A stretch of DNA of 64,000 bases from the NCBI GenBank assembly GCA_036918135.1, contig JBALDB010000051.1:128001-192000 (forward strand). Reading direction: 5' to 3'. The translations under genes and the position numbers were made by a program. The first letter of the stretch is position 1. Every line of letters begins with the position of its first letter. This DNA is from Nostoc sp. (lineage in GTDB: Bacteria; Cyanobacteriota; Cyanobacteriia; Cyanobacteriales; Nostocaceae). Below, in pieces: positions 31,784-42,136 of the stretch. Under the pieces are notes generated by a model. That model was given only the letters and a program-made list of their open reading frames with translations. It had not been told where the DNA came from and did no database searches.

Positions 31784-31937
31784 CTACGGTATATACATAA
31801 GTCTGAAATAGCTTACTCACCTGGTTTTCGCGTCAGTTTTACCCCACCCTAACTCTCCCCTTGGAAAGGGGAGGGAACAAGATTTCTTATTTCTCCCCTT
31901 TATAAGGGGGGTAATTTGACTTGTGTGTACACCGTAG
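31784..31937. mobile_element. MITE with about 20-bp terminal inverted repeats
   Basis: CTACGGTATATACATAAGTC ... GACTTGTGTGTACACCGTAG, with internal CCCC/GGGG hairpins. Confidence 0.65.
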
Positions 31938-32003
31938 CTTCGCTTGTAGAGAAGAGGTTAGGTCTTTTGTTGGTTTTTACAGATGACGTAAAAAGTCAGA
32001 TAG

Positions 32004-32234
32004 TTAACGGAGTTCAGAGGTTCATTAATGGAGTTCAAAGGCTCATTAATGGAGTTCAGAGGCTCATTAATGGAGTTCAGAGGTTCATTAACGGAGTTCA
32101 AAGGCTCATTAATGGAGTTCAGAGGTTCATTAACGGAGTTCAAAGGCTCATTAACGGAGTTCAGAGGTTCATTAACGGAGTTCAAAGGCTCATTAATGGA
32201 GTTCAAAGGCTCATTAATGGAGTTCAAAGCCTCG
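32004..32234. repeat. Tandem repeat, 11 x 21 bp (TTAAYGGAGTTCARAGGYTCA)
   Basis: Head-to-tail units without spacers between cmpC and cmpD. Confidence 0.95.
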
Positions 32235-32281
32235 CGGTTAATGTGCTACTTCTTCCACTTCCTCTTTCTCTCATGATTTTT

Positions 32282-34288
32282 TTATGAAGCAAGTCTTCTT
32301 CTTGGTGCATCAAGAACAACTTCCGCAACTGAAAAATCACGTTTAATCTGTAAACTGTTGAGATAAGCGATCGGATCGTCGGCGTTAAAGGGAGTACCAT
32401 CGAACAGTTTAATCGGTTGGCGAATATAGCTAATATCCAAACCTAATTCTCGTGCGGCGGTACTGAAAACACGCACTTGACAAACGCGTTCGACAACTTC
32501 CACCCAATTTCTCGGAAAGGGAGTGTCACCCCAACGCGCTAATTGACTCATAATCCAAATTTGTTCGGTGCGACTGGGGCGATTAATGGCAGACTCGGAA
32601 TAAAACTGGTGATGGGCGTAGTCTCGCAGCGGATGGTCTAAGTCACAGGTAAGATTATCTGGATCTTCGAGTTGAATGTATTCTAAATCAGTGCTGACAT
32701 ACTCTCGACTTGCTAAAATTTGGCGAATCTCTTCAGCATTGTTGGGATTTGCACAATACTGGCAAGCTTCTAGCAATGCTTTGGTTAAGGCGATATGCGT
32801 ATTTGGATAAGTTTCTGCCCAATTTTCCCGTACTCCCAGAACTTTACCGGGGTGTCCTAACCAAACTTCCAAGTCTGTAGCGATGGTAAAGCCAACACCT
32901 TCAACGGCGGCGCGGTAGTTCCAAGGTTCGCCAACGCAGTAACCATCAATGCTGCTAGCTTGCAAGTCAGCTACCATCTGGGCTGGGGGAATGGTCTTCA
33001 TGTCCACATCAATATCGGGGTCAATTCCTCCAGCCGCTAGCCAGTAACGCAGCAGTAAGTTGTGCATCGATGCGGGATGCACTACTCCCATTGTGTGTCT
33101 TTGGTCGCGGGTACTAAGCAGGTATCTTTTAAAGTCTGATAAGCTTTGCACGCCTTGGTCGTAAAAGCGTTTTGCTAAGGTGATGGCGTTACCGTTGCGG
33201 GTCATGGTGAGGGCGGTGACAACAGGGAGAGGTTGGTTATTGTGTCCTCCCAAAGTTAGCCACATTGGCATTCCAGAAGGCATTTGCGCCGCATCTAAAT
33301 AACCGCCAGTCATGCCATCAACTATACCCCGCCAGCTACTTTCCCGCACCAGGTGAACTTCATCTAAACCATGTTTGACAAAGAAGCCTTTTTCTTTGGC
33401 AACTGCTAAGGGGGCACAAGCGGTTAAAGGTAAAAAGCCAATTTCTAAGTTAACTTTTTCTAACCCATGACGGGAAATGTCGGCAGTTTTCCGCGCCCGA
33501 ATTTTCTTAATCCGTTTTTGCTGGTTGAGGAAGTAAATCATCTCACTCCGCAAACTGTAGTAGCTGGGATGTTCTACTACTTCCATGCGCTTGCGGGGTC
33601 TGGGAATATCCACTTCTAAAATGTCGCCAATTTTAGATTCAGGGCCGTTGGTTAGCATCACAATTCTGTCAGATAACAGCACCGCTTCATCGACATCATG
33701 GGTAACCATCACCGCAGTAACTTGATTTTCTTCGCAAATTTGCATCAGTTGTTCTTGCAAATTACCGCGAGTCAGTGCATCCAAAGCGCCGAAGGGTTCA
33801 TCTAATAATAGTAACTTGGGACGAATTGCTAAAGCGCGGGCGATCGCTACACGCTGCTTTTGTCCGCCAGATAACATTCCTGGCTGTTTGTCAGCATGGG
33901 GACGCAAACCCACCATATCTATATGTTTTTCAGTAATCGCTTGGCGTTCTGCGGCTGGCAGTCCTTTCATTACTGAATCTACCGCCAGGGCAATATTTTC
34001 TCTGACTGTCCGCCAAGGTAATAAGGAATAATTTTGAAAAACCACCATTCTGTCTGGGCCTGGTTTGCTGATTCTTTGCCCTTCTAAGGTGACAATACCT
34101 TCACTGGGCAAATCCAAACCCGCAATCATATTTAATAAGGTAGACTTGCCACAACCGGAGTGACCAATCAAAGAAACAAATTCTCCTTTTTTAATTTGCA
34201 GGTCAATTCCTTTAAGGGCAATATATTGACCACCACCTGTTAATTCAAAAACTTTATCGATTTGGTCAACAGCAACAAATGTAGACAT
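32282..34288 (-). CDS. cmpC: Bicarbonate ABC transporter ATP-binding subunit C (with C-terminal NrtA-like regulatory domain)
   Basis: ABC domain plus GLEKVNLEIGFLPLTACAPL SBP-like domain; 668 aa. Confidence 0.88.
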   Translation of the reverse strand: MSTFVAVDQIDKVFELTGGGQYIALKGIDLQIKKGEFVSLIGHSGCGKSTLLNMIAGLDLPSEGIVTLEGQRISKPGPDRMVVFQNYSLLPWRTVRENIALAVDSVMKGLPAAERQAITEKHIDMVGLRPHADKQPGMLSGGQKQRVAIARALAIRPKLLLLDEPFGALDALTRGNLQEQLMQICEENQVTAVMVTHDVDEAVLLSDRIVMLTNGPESKIGDILEVDIPRPRKRMEVVEHPSYYSLRSEMIYFLNQQKRIKKIRARKTADISRHGLEKVNLEIGFLPLTACAPLAVAKEKGFFVKHGLDEVHLVRESSWRGIVDGMTGGYLDAAQMPSGMPMWLTLGGHNNQPLPVVTALTMTRNGNAITLAKRFYDQGVQSLSDFKRYLLSTRDQRHTMGVVHPASMHNLLLRYWLAAGGIDPDIDVDMKTIPPAQMVADLQASSIDGYCVGEPWNYRAAVEGVGFTIATDLEVWLGHPGKVLGVRENWAETYPNTHIALTKALLEACQYCANPNNAEEIRQILASREYVSTDLEYIQLEDPDNLTCDLDHPLRDYAHHQFYSESAINRPSRTEQIWIMSQLARWGDTPFPRNWVEVVERVCQVRVFSTAARELGLDISYIRQPIKLFDGTPFNADDPIAYLNSLQIKRDFSVAEVVLDAPRRRLAS

Positions 34289-34381
34289 AACTTGGTATTG
34301 GTAATTTGGTTACAAAATGAGGGAGAAGGAAAAAGAGGCGGGGACGCACAGAAAAACAAATGACAAATGACAAATGACCAA

Positions 34382-36142
34382 TTAATAATAACTGCCAGAT
34401 TTACGGTATTCGAGGGCAGTTAAGCCATCATTTTCTAAGACTTCACCTTTATCGACTACGGCATAGATTAACCATCTTTCACCACATTTCATCTGATTTT
34501 GTACAGTACATTCTAAATAGGACAATGCCTCATTCAGAATCAGGCAACCATTCTCAGCAGTTTGTGTAGAAAGATTGACAAAGGGATTATTTCCTAAAAC
34601 GCTATTCTGGGAAAAATAGCGGCGGACATTTCTACCTTCTTTGAGAATATTCAATACAAATTTATCACCGGGATGACACATTAAATCTGCATTTTGTTCG
34701 TCAGCAATGGCAATCATAATTCCTGGCGGATTAAAAGTTGCTTGAGATAGCCAAGAGGTTAAAACGCCTTTGTGGCTTTCTTCATCACGAGTTGTTAAAA
34801 CACACAAAGAACCAATAATCCGCCCTACAGCTTGTTCGGTACGGTCTACATGAGTTTCTGTGACAACTTGACGCGCAGTCCGCAATTTTTTAGTTTTCTT
34901 CAAGTTTTGGGCAAAGGCAGCGCCCGCTTTCTGACACTGTTGGAGAATTTCATCCGTAGGAGTGAAGCGGACTCGAATTGTTTCAAATCCTAAACGATAA
35001 TTGGCATCTTTAAACTTACTTTCGAGTAAATCAATTGCCTCTCCACTCCAGCCATAAGAACCAAATACTCCTGCTAATTTTGTTTTTGCTGCTGTAGCTA
35101 AAACTATTCCTAAAGCTGCTTGAATTTGAGTTGGTGCATGGCCGCCTAAAGTTGGTGAGCCAATAATAAATCCGTCGCAAGCTTCCACAATGCGGGTAAT
35201 TTCGGCTGGTTCTGCAAGTTCGCAATTGATGGACTCTACATTAACGCCATTTTCAATTAAACCTTGAGCGATCGCATTAGCTACAATTGCCGTATTTCCA
35301 TAAGCAGAGGCATAAAGTAAAGCAACACTTAATTCTTGTAATTTTTGTCCTTGACACCATTGACGATAATCAAAAGTAAATCGGCTGAGGCTGTAACGAA
35401 CAACAGGGCCATGAGCCGGAGCGTAACATTTTGCTGGGAAAACCGAAAGCTTTTCTAAAGCAACTTCGACTTGTTTGGCTTGGGGGGCGTGGAGACAGTC
35501 AAAATAGTAATGACGTTCTGCATCTAAACTTTTCCAATCTTCATCGAAGAGGGTATCTTCGCAAATATGAGCGCCAAAAAATTTGTCTGTGTAGAGAATT
35601 TTGGTAGCAGAATCATAAGTACACAATCCATCTGCCCAGCGAGGAGTCGGTACAGTAATAAATGTAAGATGATGTCCTTGTCCTAAATCCAGAGTATCCT
35701 CCGATCGCACAGCTTGAATGCGTGACTGCCATTCCGGAAAAGCAGTTTTGATGGCATTAGCAGCAGGGCGAGAACAAATTAAAGTAGCTTGAGTAGCTTG
35801 AGAAAGCAATACTTGTAAGGTGGCTCTGCGGTTCGGGTTGACATGACCGAGAACAATGTAATCTAAGGTAGCGAAATCTAGATATTGTGCCAGCTGTTCG
35901 AGGTAAATTTCCGTAAAAGATTCGCCAGGAGGATCGACTAAAGCTTTTTTATCAGCTTGAATGAGATAAGAATTTGCCGTAGTTCCTCGTTGGCGGGAAT
36001 ACTCAATCTCAAATTTTAGTCTCTCCCAAGTACGCGATCGCAAAACCAACGTATCTTTACCAATTTCAGCAACCTGCACATCTCTGGGGCGACTGGTTAT
36101 TAAAGTATTAGTAGACATAATCTCTCTTTGGGCATTGGGCAT
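34382..36142 (-). CDS. flv2: Flavodiiron protein, cluster A (Flv2)
   Basis: Metallo-beta-lactamase, flavodoxin and flavin reductase domains with non-canonical ligands (HVNPNR). It is the third gene of an flv4-sll0218-flv2 arrangement. Confidence 0.82.
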   Translation of the reverse strand: MPNAQREIMSTNTLITSRPRDVQVAEIGKDTLVLRSRTWERLKFEIEYSRQRGTTANSYLIQADKKALVDPPGESFTEIYLEQLAQYLDFATLDYIVLGHVNPNRRATLQVLLSQATQATLICSRPAANAIKTAFPEWQSRIQAVRSEDTLDLGQGHHLTFITVPTPRWADGLCTYDSATKILYTDKFFGAHICEDTLFDEDWKSLDAERHYYFDCLHAPQAKQVEVALEKLSVFPAKCYAPAHGPVVRYSLSRFTFDYRQWCQGQKLQELSVALLYASAYGNTAIVANAIAQGLIENGVNVESINCELAEPAEITRIVEACDGFIIGSPTLGGHAPTQIQAALGIVLATAAKTKLAGVFGSYGWSGEAIDLLESKFKDANYRLGFETIRVRFTPTDEILQQCQKAGAAFAQNLKKTKKLRTARQVVTETHVDRTEQAVGRIIGSLCVLTTRDEESHKGVLTSWLSQATFNPPGIMIAIADEQNADLMCHPGDKFVLNILKEGRNVRRYFSQNSVLGNNPFVNLSTQTAENGCLILNEALSYLECTVQNQMKCGERWLIYAVVDKGEVLENDGLTALEYRKSGSYY

Positions 36143-36170
36143 GGGGCATTGGGCATGGGGAGATAAAACT

Positions 36171-36228
36171 CTTGTACAGACGCGATTAATCGCGTCTCTC
36201 TTGTACAGACGCGATTAATCGCGTCTCT
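36171..36228. repeat. Tandem duplicate of a REP-like palindrome (CTTGTACAGACGCGATTAATCGCGTCTCT x2)
   Basis: Direct duplication of a palindromic unit; relatives at about 363-423 and 26335-26375. Confidence 0.8.
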
Positions 36229-36741
36229 CTAATTGCCATTGCTTTCAACTAATTCCGATTTAGCTCGATTTTTAAAGCGTTTAGATATTGTTTGTTCGGG
36301 ATCGATGCCTTCAAAGGTTGGGGGTAGCCAAACTCGAACAACGAGTATTATTCCTAAAACTAATAAGAAGGCACAAGTTGCTAAAATTTGACTCCAATTA
36401 GTTTCTAAAACTCCTTTAACAATTACTTCTCGCAAGGCGGAAACAATGGAGACTTCTACAGCTACGCCAATAGATATTCGTTGCTCTTGCAAATAAATAA
36501 TCAGCAATCGAAATAACTCAACTAAAATGAGCAAAAAGAGAATATCAGCAGTAACAGTATGAAAATCTAATGGGGGAAGCAGGGAGAAAAACATATCTCT
36601 CACCTGAATTACCATGAAGGTAAACAAACCCATACACAGAGAAATCACAATCAAATCTTGAATCAATTCCAAGGTTTGTACTACGCGTTTCCGATGCATT
36701 TCATACTGGGAAATTGGGCTATCTTCAACAGTCTTATACAT
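36229..36741 (-). CDS. PsiE-family membrane protein (Sll0218 homologue)
   Basis: ILFLLILVELFRLLIIYL and VEVSIVSALREVI; lies between the two flv genes. Confidence 0.85.
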   Translation of the reverse strand: MYKTVEDSPISQYEMHRKRVVQTLELIQDLIVISLCMGLFTFMVIQVRDMFFSLLPPLDFHTVTADILFLLILVELFRLLIIYLQEQRISIGVAVEVSIVSALREVIVKGVLETNWSQILATCAFLLVLGIILVVRVWLPPTFEGIDPEQTISKRFKNRAKSELVESNGN

Positions 36742-36831
36742 GGCTTTTTATCAATGGAGAGTGGGGAGGGAAACGAAAGAGACAAGGCAAATGGAAAGAC
36801 AATAACAAATAACAAATAACCAATGACAAAT

Positions 36832-38565
36832 TTAGTAATGATTGCCAATTTTGCGGTGATGAACGGCGGTGAATCCGTTGACTTTAGCAACTCGCCCAGT
36901 TTGGACGGTGCTATAAATAACCCAATGGTCGCCACAATCCATGCGGCTAGTGATTTCACATTCGAGATAAGCCAAAGCTTCAGCTAAAATTGGAGATTCG
37001 TTGGTAGCAGCAGGATATGTTTTGATGCCAGCAAAGCGGTCTGCACCAGGAGCAAAACGCTTGAGGAAATGTTTCATTAATCCTTGATATCTGCCTTCTT
37101 CTAAAATATTTAAAACAAAGCGATCGCCAACGTGCATCAATGATTCTATCGCTCGGTCTTTGGCGACAGCGATGGCTACGCCTAAAGGATTCAAACTTGC
37201 TTGTGTTACCCAAGAAGCAAGCATTGCACTTTGAACTTCTGCTTTTTTGGCGGTGATAATATACAATCCGGTGCTAATTCGCCCCAAGGATTTCTCTAAT
37301 TCGCTATTAATGGATTTGATTTGTTTGATGGTGCGATCGCGGGTCAACCATTGACCCATATCTGTCCCTGCTTCATCGCACAGTTGTTCTAATACATTAG
37401 AGGGAGCTTCTTTAACTAAAATTGGGGTAAAGGCTTGAATTAATCCCAGTTCTTGAAACTTATTGCGTAAGGGAAAAACAGGTTCATCTTCTCCTCCTCC
37501 AGACTCTAATAAACCAATTGCTTGTTTATTGTGAGCAGCAGCTAAGATAATCTTTAAACCTGCTTGAGCAATATCTAATGATTGGGGAGGCATTCCAATA
37601 ACTAAACCAGCAGCTTGGTCAACTATTTCTCGGACTTCTTGAGGCTCAGTATTATTCAGAGCTACTAATTCTACCGCTACACCTGTTCTTGCAATTCCAT
37701 GTGCGATCGCCCTGACTAAATTCTCACTATATCCGTAATCTTCCACGTAAAATAAAGCCACTAATGTCTCTGTTTTCGCTTGCTCTGAACTCCAATTTTG
37801 ATAGCGTCCCAACCATTCTGGAATATACTCTTTTAATAAAGGGCCATGTCCTGTGGCAACTGTTTTTATTTCTAACTTTTCAATTTTCTTTAAAGCTGCC
37901 AATACAGACCGAGCATTAGGAGCCATCAAACACTCATAGTAATATTTAAAATCTTCTTCGATGATGGCGATATTCTCATCATAAGTATGGTCATCACAGT
38001 AGTGCATTCCAAACACATCACAGGTGTAAAGAGTGCCTGTTTTGTGGTCATAAGTCAAGATGGTATCAGGCCAATGTAAGTTAGGAGCTGAGATAAATTC
38101 TAATTGATGACCGTTGCCCAAATCTAATAACTCTCCACTTTTTACTACCTTTGTTTTAAAAGGCTGGTGAATCATATTCTGCAAAAATTGAATACCTATC
38201 TTTGCACCAACAACAGTAATCTCAGGAGCTAATTGCAAAATATTTTTTACTAAACCGCTATGGTCTGGTTCAGTGTGACTAACAATCAAGTAATCTATCT
38301 TAGTTGGGTCAATTAATCCTGTCACTATCTCCAGATATAACTCCTCAAACTTGCCATGAGAAGTATCAACTAAAGCTACTTTTTCTCCCTGAATTAAGAA
38401 AGAATTATAGGTCGTGCCATTCCGCAAACCAAACTCGACATCAAAACGTTCTCTATCCCAATCAAGGCAACGGATAGCAGTCGTTTGAGGAGCGATTTTA
38501 ACAGTTTCAATTGTTAAACGTCCAGAATTAGGAATAACTTGAGAATGCTGTGTGAGTGCGACCAT
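36832..38565 (-). CDS. flv4: Flavodiiron protein, cluster B (Flv4)
   Basis: Canonical di-iron ligands HTEPDH, LHWPD, CDVFGMH and GHG, plus a C-terminal flavin reductase. Confidence 0.82.
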   Translation of the reverse strand: MVALTQHSQVIPNSGRLTIETVKIAPQTTAIRCLDWDRERFDVEFGLRNGTTYNSFLIQGEKVALVDTSHGKFEELYLEIVTGLIDPTKIDYLIVSHTEPDHSGLVKNILQLAPEITVVGAKIGIQFLQNMIHQPFKTKVVKSGELLDLGNGHQLEFISAPNLHWPDTILTYDHKTGTLYTCDVFGMHYCDDHTYDENIAIIEEDFKYYYECLMAPNARSVLAALKKIEKLEIKTVATGHGPLLKEYIPEWLGRYQNWSSEQAKTETLVALFYVEDYGYSENLVRAIAHGIARTGVAVELVALNNTEPQEVREIVDQAAGLVIGMPPQSLDIAQAGLKIILAAAHNKQAIGLLESGGGEDEPVFPLRNKFQELGLIQAFTPILVKEAPSNVLEQLCDEAGTDMGQWLTRDRTIKQIKSINSELEKSLGRISTGLYIITAKKAEVQSAMLASWVTQASLNPLGVAIAVAKDRAIESLMHVGDRFVLNILEEGRYQGLMKHFLKRFAPGADRFAGIKTYPAATNESPILAEALAYLECEITSRMDCGDHWVIYSTVQTGRVAKVNGFTAVHHRKIGNHY

Positions 38566-38715
38566 TAGTTTTCTCCAGTCAAGAGATTATTTAGAGCAAG
38601 TGTGCTTACTTCTTATATTTACTTGAAATGTTTAATTAGTAAAATGCCAATTTCTAAAGCTAACTATTAAAAACTTTTATTGTTCATCTGCCTAGATTTA
38701 TCATTGAAATAAACC

Positions 38716-38728
38716 AATGATTATCATT
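38716..38728. promoter_or_regulatory. Fur-box-like palindrome upstream of flv4
   Basis: AATGATTATCATT; its reverse complement AATGATAATCATT is the core of the classical Fur box. About 150 bp upstream of the start. Confidence 0.5.
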
Positions 38729-39010
38729 AATAGTAAAAATAAAATTTGTGAAAGAAAAATACGCTTAGGTTAGTAATATTTAGCCTGAGAAGATTTCTCT
38801 AACTTCCTTTAAAAGTGGGACTTAATTGCCTGCTTTTTCAAGAAACTTAGCGAGAATCAAGCTTTAACCCAAGCGTATTAATTTGAGGAGGAGCAACAAG
38901 CTTGCAGCAGATTACAGTTTTTTGGAACACCGACTTCAGTCTGTTACTCTGGTGTCAAAACTGTTTTACTTGCCAATTCAGAATTCTAAATTCTGAATTC
39001 TGCTGCATTA

Positions 39011-39850
39011 TTACTTTTGTTCTGCTGGTAAAATCTTGTTTTGCAGCCAAGCCATCGCTTTATCTAGCAGCAAACCAACGATACCGATGTAAACTAGAGC
39101 TAAAATCACTTCGCTGACGTTGTTATTTTGATAGGCATCCCAGATAAAGAAGCCAATTCCCACTATACCGGACATGACGATTTCAGCAGCAATAATCGCT
39201 AACCATGCTAAACCGATCGCAATTCTCAAACCTGTGAAAATGTATGGTAATGCCGCAGGAATTAAAATATTAATGAAATATTCTTTGCGGCTAAGTTGTA
39301 GAACTTTAGCAACGTTGTTGTAATCTTGGGGAATTTGCGTAACGCCAACAGCAGTATTAATTAAGATGGGCCAAATGGCGGTGATGAAAATTACGAATAA
39401 TGCTGCCGGTTCATTTTGTCGTAATGCTGCTAAAGAAATGGGAACCCAAGCTAGAGGTGGTACTGTCCGCAGTAGTTGAAAAATTGGGTCTAAAGCTTTG
39501 GACATGGTTTTATTAACCCCAATCAAAATGCCTAAACCAATACCGACAATTGCCGCTAGGGTATAACTGATAGCAACTCTTTGTAAACTTGCGAGAATCT
39601 GCCAAAATAGACCTTTGTCAATGCCACCTCGGTCATAAAATGGCCAGAAAATCAAAACCCAAGTGTCTTGAATAACCTGTATTGGCCCTGGTAATGTGGC
39701 TCCCGGAGTCCAAGCGAATAATTGCCACAAAACTAGAAATATAACAATGGCGATGATTGGTGGTATAAAGTTAGAAAATTGCTTTTGTAGACGCGATATA
39801 AAGCCATTATTAAATCTAGGGCTTGCAGGGCGTCTTTGGGCTAATGTCAT
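39011..39850 (-). CDS. cmpB: Bicarbonate ABC transporter permease
   Basis: WPFYDRGGIDKGLFWQ, LRTVPPLAWVP and GLAWLAIIAAE. Confidence 0.88.
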   Translation of the reverse strand: MTLAQRRPASPRFNNGFISRLQKQFSNFIPPIIAIVIFLVLWQLFAWTPGATLPGPIQVIQDTWVLIFWPFYDRGGIDKGLFWQILASLQRVAISYTLAAIVGIGLGILIGVNKTMSKALDPIFQLLRTVPPLAWVPISLAALRQNEPAALFVIFITAIWPILINTAVGVTQIPQDYNNVAKVLQLSRKEYFINILIPAALPYIFTGLRIAIGLAWLAIIAAEIVMSGIVGIGFFIWDAYQNNNVSEVILALVYIGIVGLLLDKAMAWLQNKILPAEQK

Positions 39851-39920
39851 AATCTATGTTATCCTCAAACTTTGTTTGTCATTTGTCATTTGTCAGCTAC
39901 TAATGACCAATGACCAATGA

Positions 39921-41306
39921 CTAAATATTGACTTTCTTGATTTTCAAACTCTTGAGATATTCTTCTGGTTTTTCAGGATCGAATTTGATACCATCAAAAA
40001 ACTCTTCTACACCACGAGATGAATTTGTAGGAATATCAGCAGTAGCAATGCCAGCTTCTTTTGCGGCTTGTTTCCAAATATCTTCGCGGTTGACTTTATT
40101 GATTAGTTCTTTAGCTTTAGCAGCATTATTGGCAACATAATCTTTTGGTAAAAATCCCCAACGAACGTTTTCCACAATGAACCATAAATCATGACTTTTG
40201 TAGGGATAAGAAACATTACCTTTTTCATCTTTCCAGTAGTAAGCTGCCATTGATTTATCATCAATTTTGCGACCATCACCCATGTCATACTTGCCTTGGT
40301 ATGGGTCTGCAAGAATTTCGGGTGAAGAAAGATTAAAATAATTCCGTCCAGCGAGAATTTGAGCTGCTTCTTTGCGGTTGTCAAAATTATCTAACCATTG
40401 TTGGGCCTCCATAATTCCTTTTAAAATTGCTTTAGTTGCCTTGGGATTTTTATCAACCCAGTCGGCTCTCATAGCAAGATATTCTTCAGGATGATTCTTC
40501 CAAATTTCTGCTGTCAATGCTGCTAAGTAGCCGATTTTGTCTTGAACAAGGCGATAAGGCCAGGGGTCACCTGTACTAAAGGCATCCATTGTTCCTGTTT
40601 TCATATTGGCAACAGTTTGAGCTGCTGGTACTGTGAGCAATTTGACATCTGTATCTGGATCTAAACCACCTGCTGCTAACCAGTAGCGAATCCACAAATC
40701 TTGGTTGACGTGAGGAAAGGTGAATGCGGCTGTGAAGGGGGTTGAAGATTTGAGTTCGGTGAAGAGGGATTTAGCGCTAGCCAGTTGTAAAGTGATACCT
40801 TTACCTTGGTGCTTGCTGGCGATCGCAATTCCATTTCCATGTGTAATTAGTTGGCATAATACATACATGGGAATTTTTTGATTGCCTTTGGTAATTAAAC
40901 CTTCTGTAATTAAATGTGGCATTGGCATCTGCCATTGACCGCCATCAATACCACCACCCACAGAACCAATTTCTACGTTATCTCTAGCTGCACCCCAAGA
41001 AGCTTGTTTAGAAAGGTCAACTTTAGTCATACCATATTTAGCAAAAAAGCCTTTTTCTTTAGCAATAATTAGGGGAGCCGCTTCTACAATCGGAATATAT
41101 CCTAATTTTACTGTAGTAGTTTCTGGCGTTTGTTCGGGACTAATATTAACAACTGACTGAGCAGTTGGCTGTGCTTGATTACCTTCACCAGTCAGGTTTT
41201 CAGGTGGATTGCCCAAACAACCTTTGAGGAACACAGCACTTGCAGATACCCCAGCTGTAAAAATAAATTTGCGTCGAGAAATGTTATTAAAAAATTCTGT
41301 CATCAT
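39921..41306 (-). CDS. cmpA: Bicarbonate ABC transporter substrate-binding lipoprotein
   Basis: Tat-like SRRKFI and lipobox LKGC. CmpA-type motifs [17 protein letters not shown] and HPEEY, as opposed to NrtA-type GGTHD/HPEK. Confidence 0.9.
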   Translation of the reverse strand: MMTEFFNNISRRKFIFTAGVSASAVFLKGCLGNPPENLTGEGNQAQPTAQSVVNISPEQTPETTTVKLGYIPIVEAAPLIIAKEKGFFAKYGMTKVDLSKQASWGAARDNVEIGSVGGGIDGGQWQMPMPHLITEGLITKGNQKIPMYVLCQLITHGNGIAIASKHQGKGITLQLASAKSLFTELKSSTPFTAAFTFPHVNQDLWIRYWLAAGGLDPDTDVKLLTVPAAQTVANMKTGTMDAFSTGDPWPYRLVQDKIGYLAALTAEIWKNHPEEYLAMRADWVDKNPKATKAILKGIMEAQQWLDNFDNRKEAAQILAGRNYFNLSSPEILADPYQGKYDMGDGRKIDDKSMAAYYWKDEKGNVSYPYKSHDLWFIVENVRWGFLPKDYVANNAAKAKELINKVNREDIWKQAAKEAGIATADIPTNSSRGVEEFFDGIKFDPEKPEEYLKSLKIKKVNI

Positions 41307-41595
41307 ATCTCCTCAAATGTAAATTTTATTTTTTATAGCTATGACAATTTCAGCAAGAAACACATTAAATTTCTTACAAATAAATGACTAATTAAGCTAT
41401 ATTTTGCAAGGCAAACTTAGCCATTTTATCAATGACTATTGCTACTGCCTCAAACAAAATTTCAATGAATTGATTAAATCTGCTCTAGTGGGATGCAGAA
41501 GTGTTATTCACCTGATTGAAATTAGTTTACAGCCTTTAAAGCCCAATTAGTTAACCATGAGTCTGTATTTATTAAATAAATATTAGATTGGATGT

Positions 41596-41611
41596 ATAAG
41601 TAAAAATTTAT
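41596..41611. promoter_or_regulatory. Possible LysR-type (CmpR/NdhR) operator upstream of cmpA
   Basis: ATAA-N8-TTAT inverted repeat about 290 bp upstream of cmpA. The region is AT-rich, so a chance match is possible. Confidence 0.3.
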
Positions 41612-41770
41612 CTATCTGCCCAAACTCTAGTAGTAATTCTTAATATATAAATTCTGATTTATCAAAACTATTAACTTGAGATTATGATTAATAAAAAAGT
41701 AAATTATAAGCTAAATCAATGGTAATCATAGTTAAAAAACTGAATAATTTAGAATACAAAATAAGAAGAT

Positions 41771-42131
41771 ATAGGAGTCCGATTTGATTTATAGCCGTAG
41801 TCACATAGGTTAGGACATAAGGATGGGGTGAAAGAAGAGAGTTAGCAATAGTTTTACCTCCTGCCTCCTGCCCTCTGCCTGCTGCCTCCTGCTATATAAA
41901 AAAATTTAAGTATCTGTAGGGTGTGTTATGACGTAGCCTAACGCATATAAATTGTCAATTGGTGCGTTATGCCAAAGGCTAACGCACCCTATTGCCGTGG
42001 CAAGGCTAAAATGTTGCATTAGATTTTTAGGAAAAGTCAGATAAATCAATACTTTCTGCTTTATTTTTAATGCACTATTTTAAGCTTGCCACGCTACTAC
42101 GTGTATTTCAGAAATCAAATATGAGTCCTAT
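41771..42131. mobile_element. Nested MITE cluster
   Basis: Outer inverted repeats ATAGGAGTCCGATTTGATTT / AAATCAAATATGAGTCCTAT enclose three further repeat elements. Confidence 0.65.
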
Positions 42132-42136
42132 ATTAT

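Noticed and set aside
32004..32234. CRISPR array
   Set aside because: The units are head-to-tail with no unique spacers, and there are no cas genes in the window.
31916..32287. Three overlapping heptad-repeat ORFs as real genes
   Set aside because: The open frames follow from a 21-bp repeat. One starts inside a MITE end, and none has a convincing RBS.
30869..41306. Nitrate transporter nrtABCD
   Set aside because: The binding protein has CmpA-type residues (NQD, HPEE), there is no nirA or narB nearby, and the neighbours are low-carbon flv genes.
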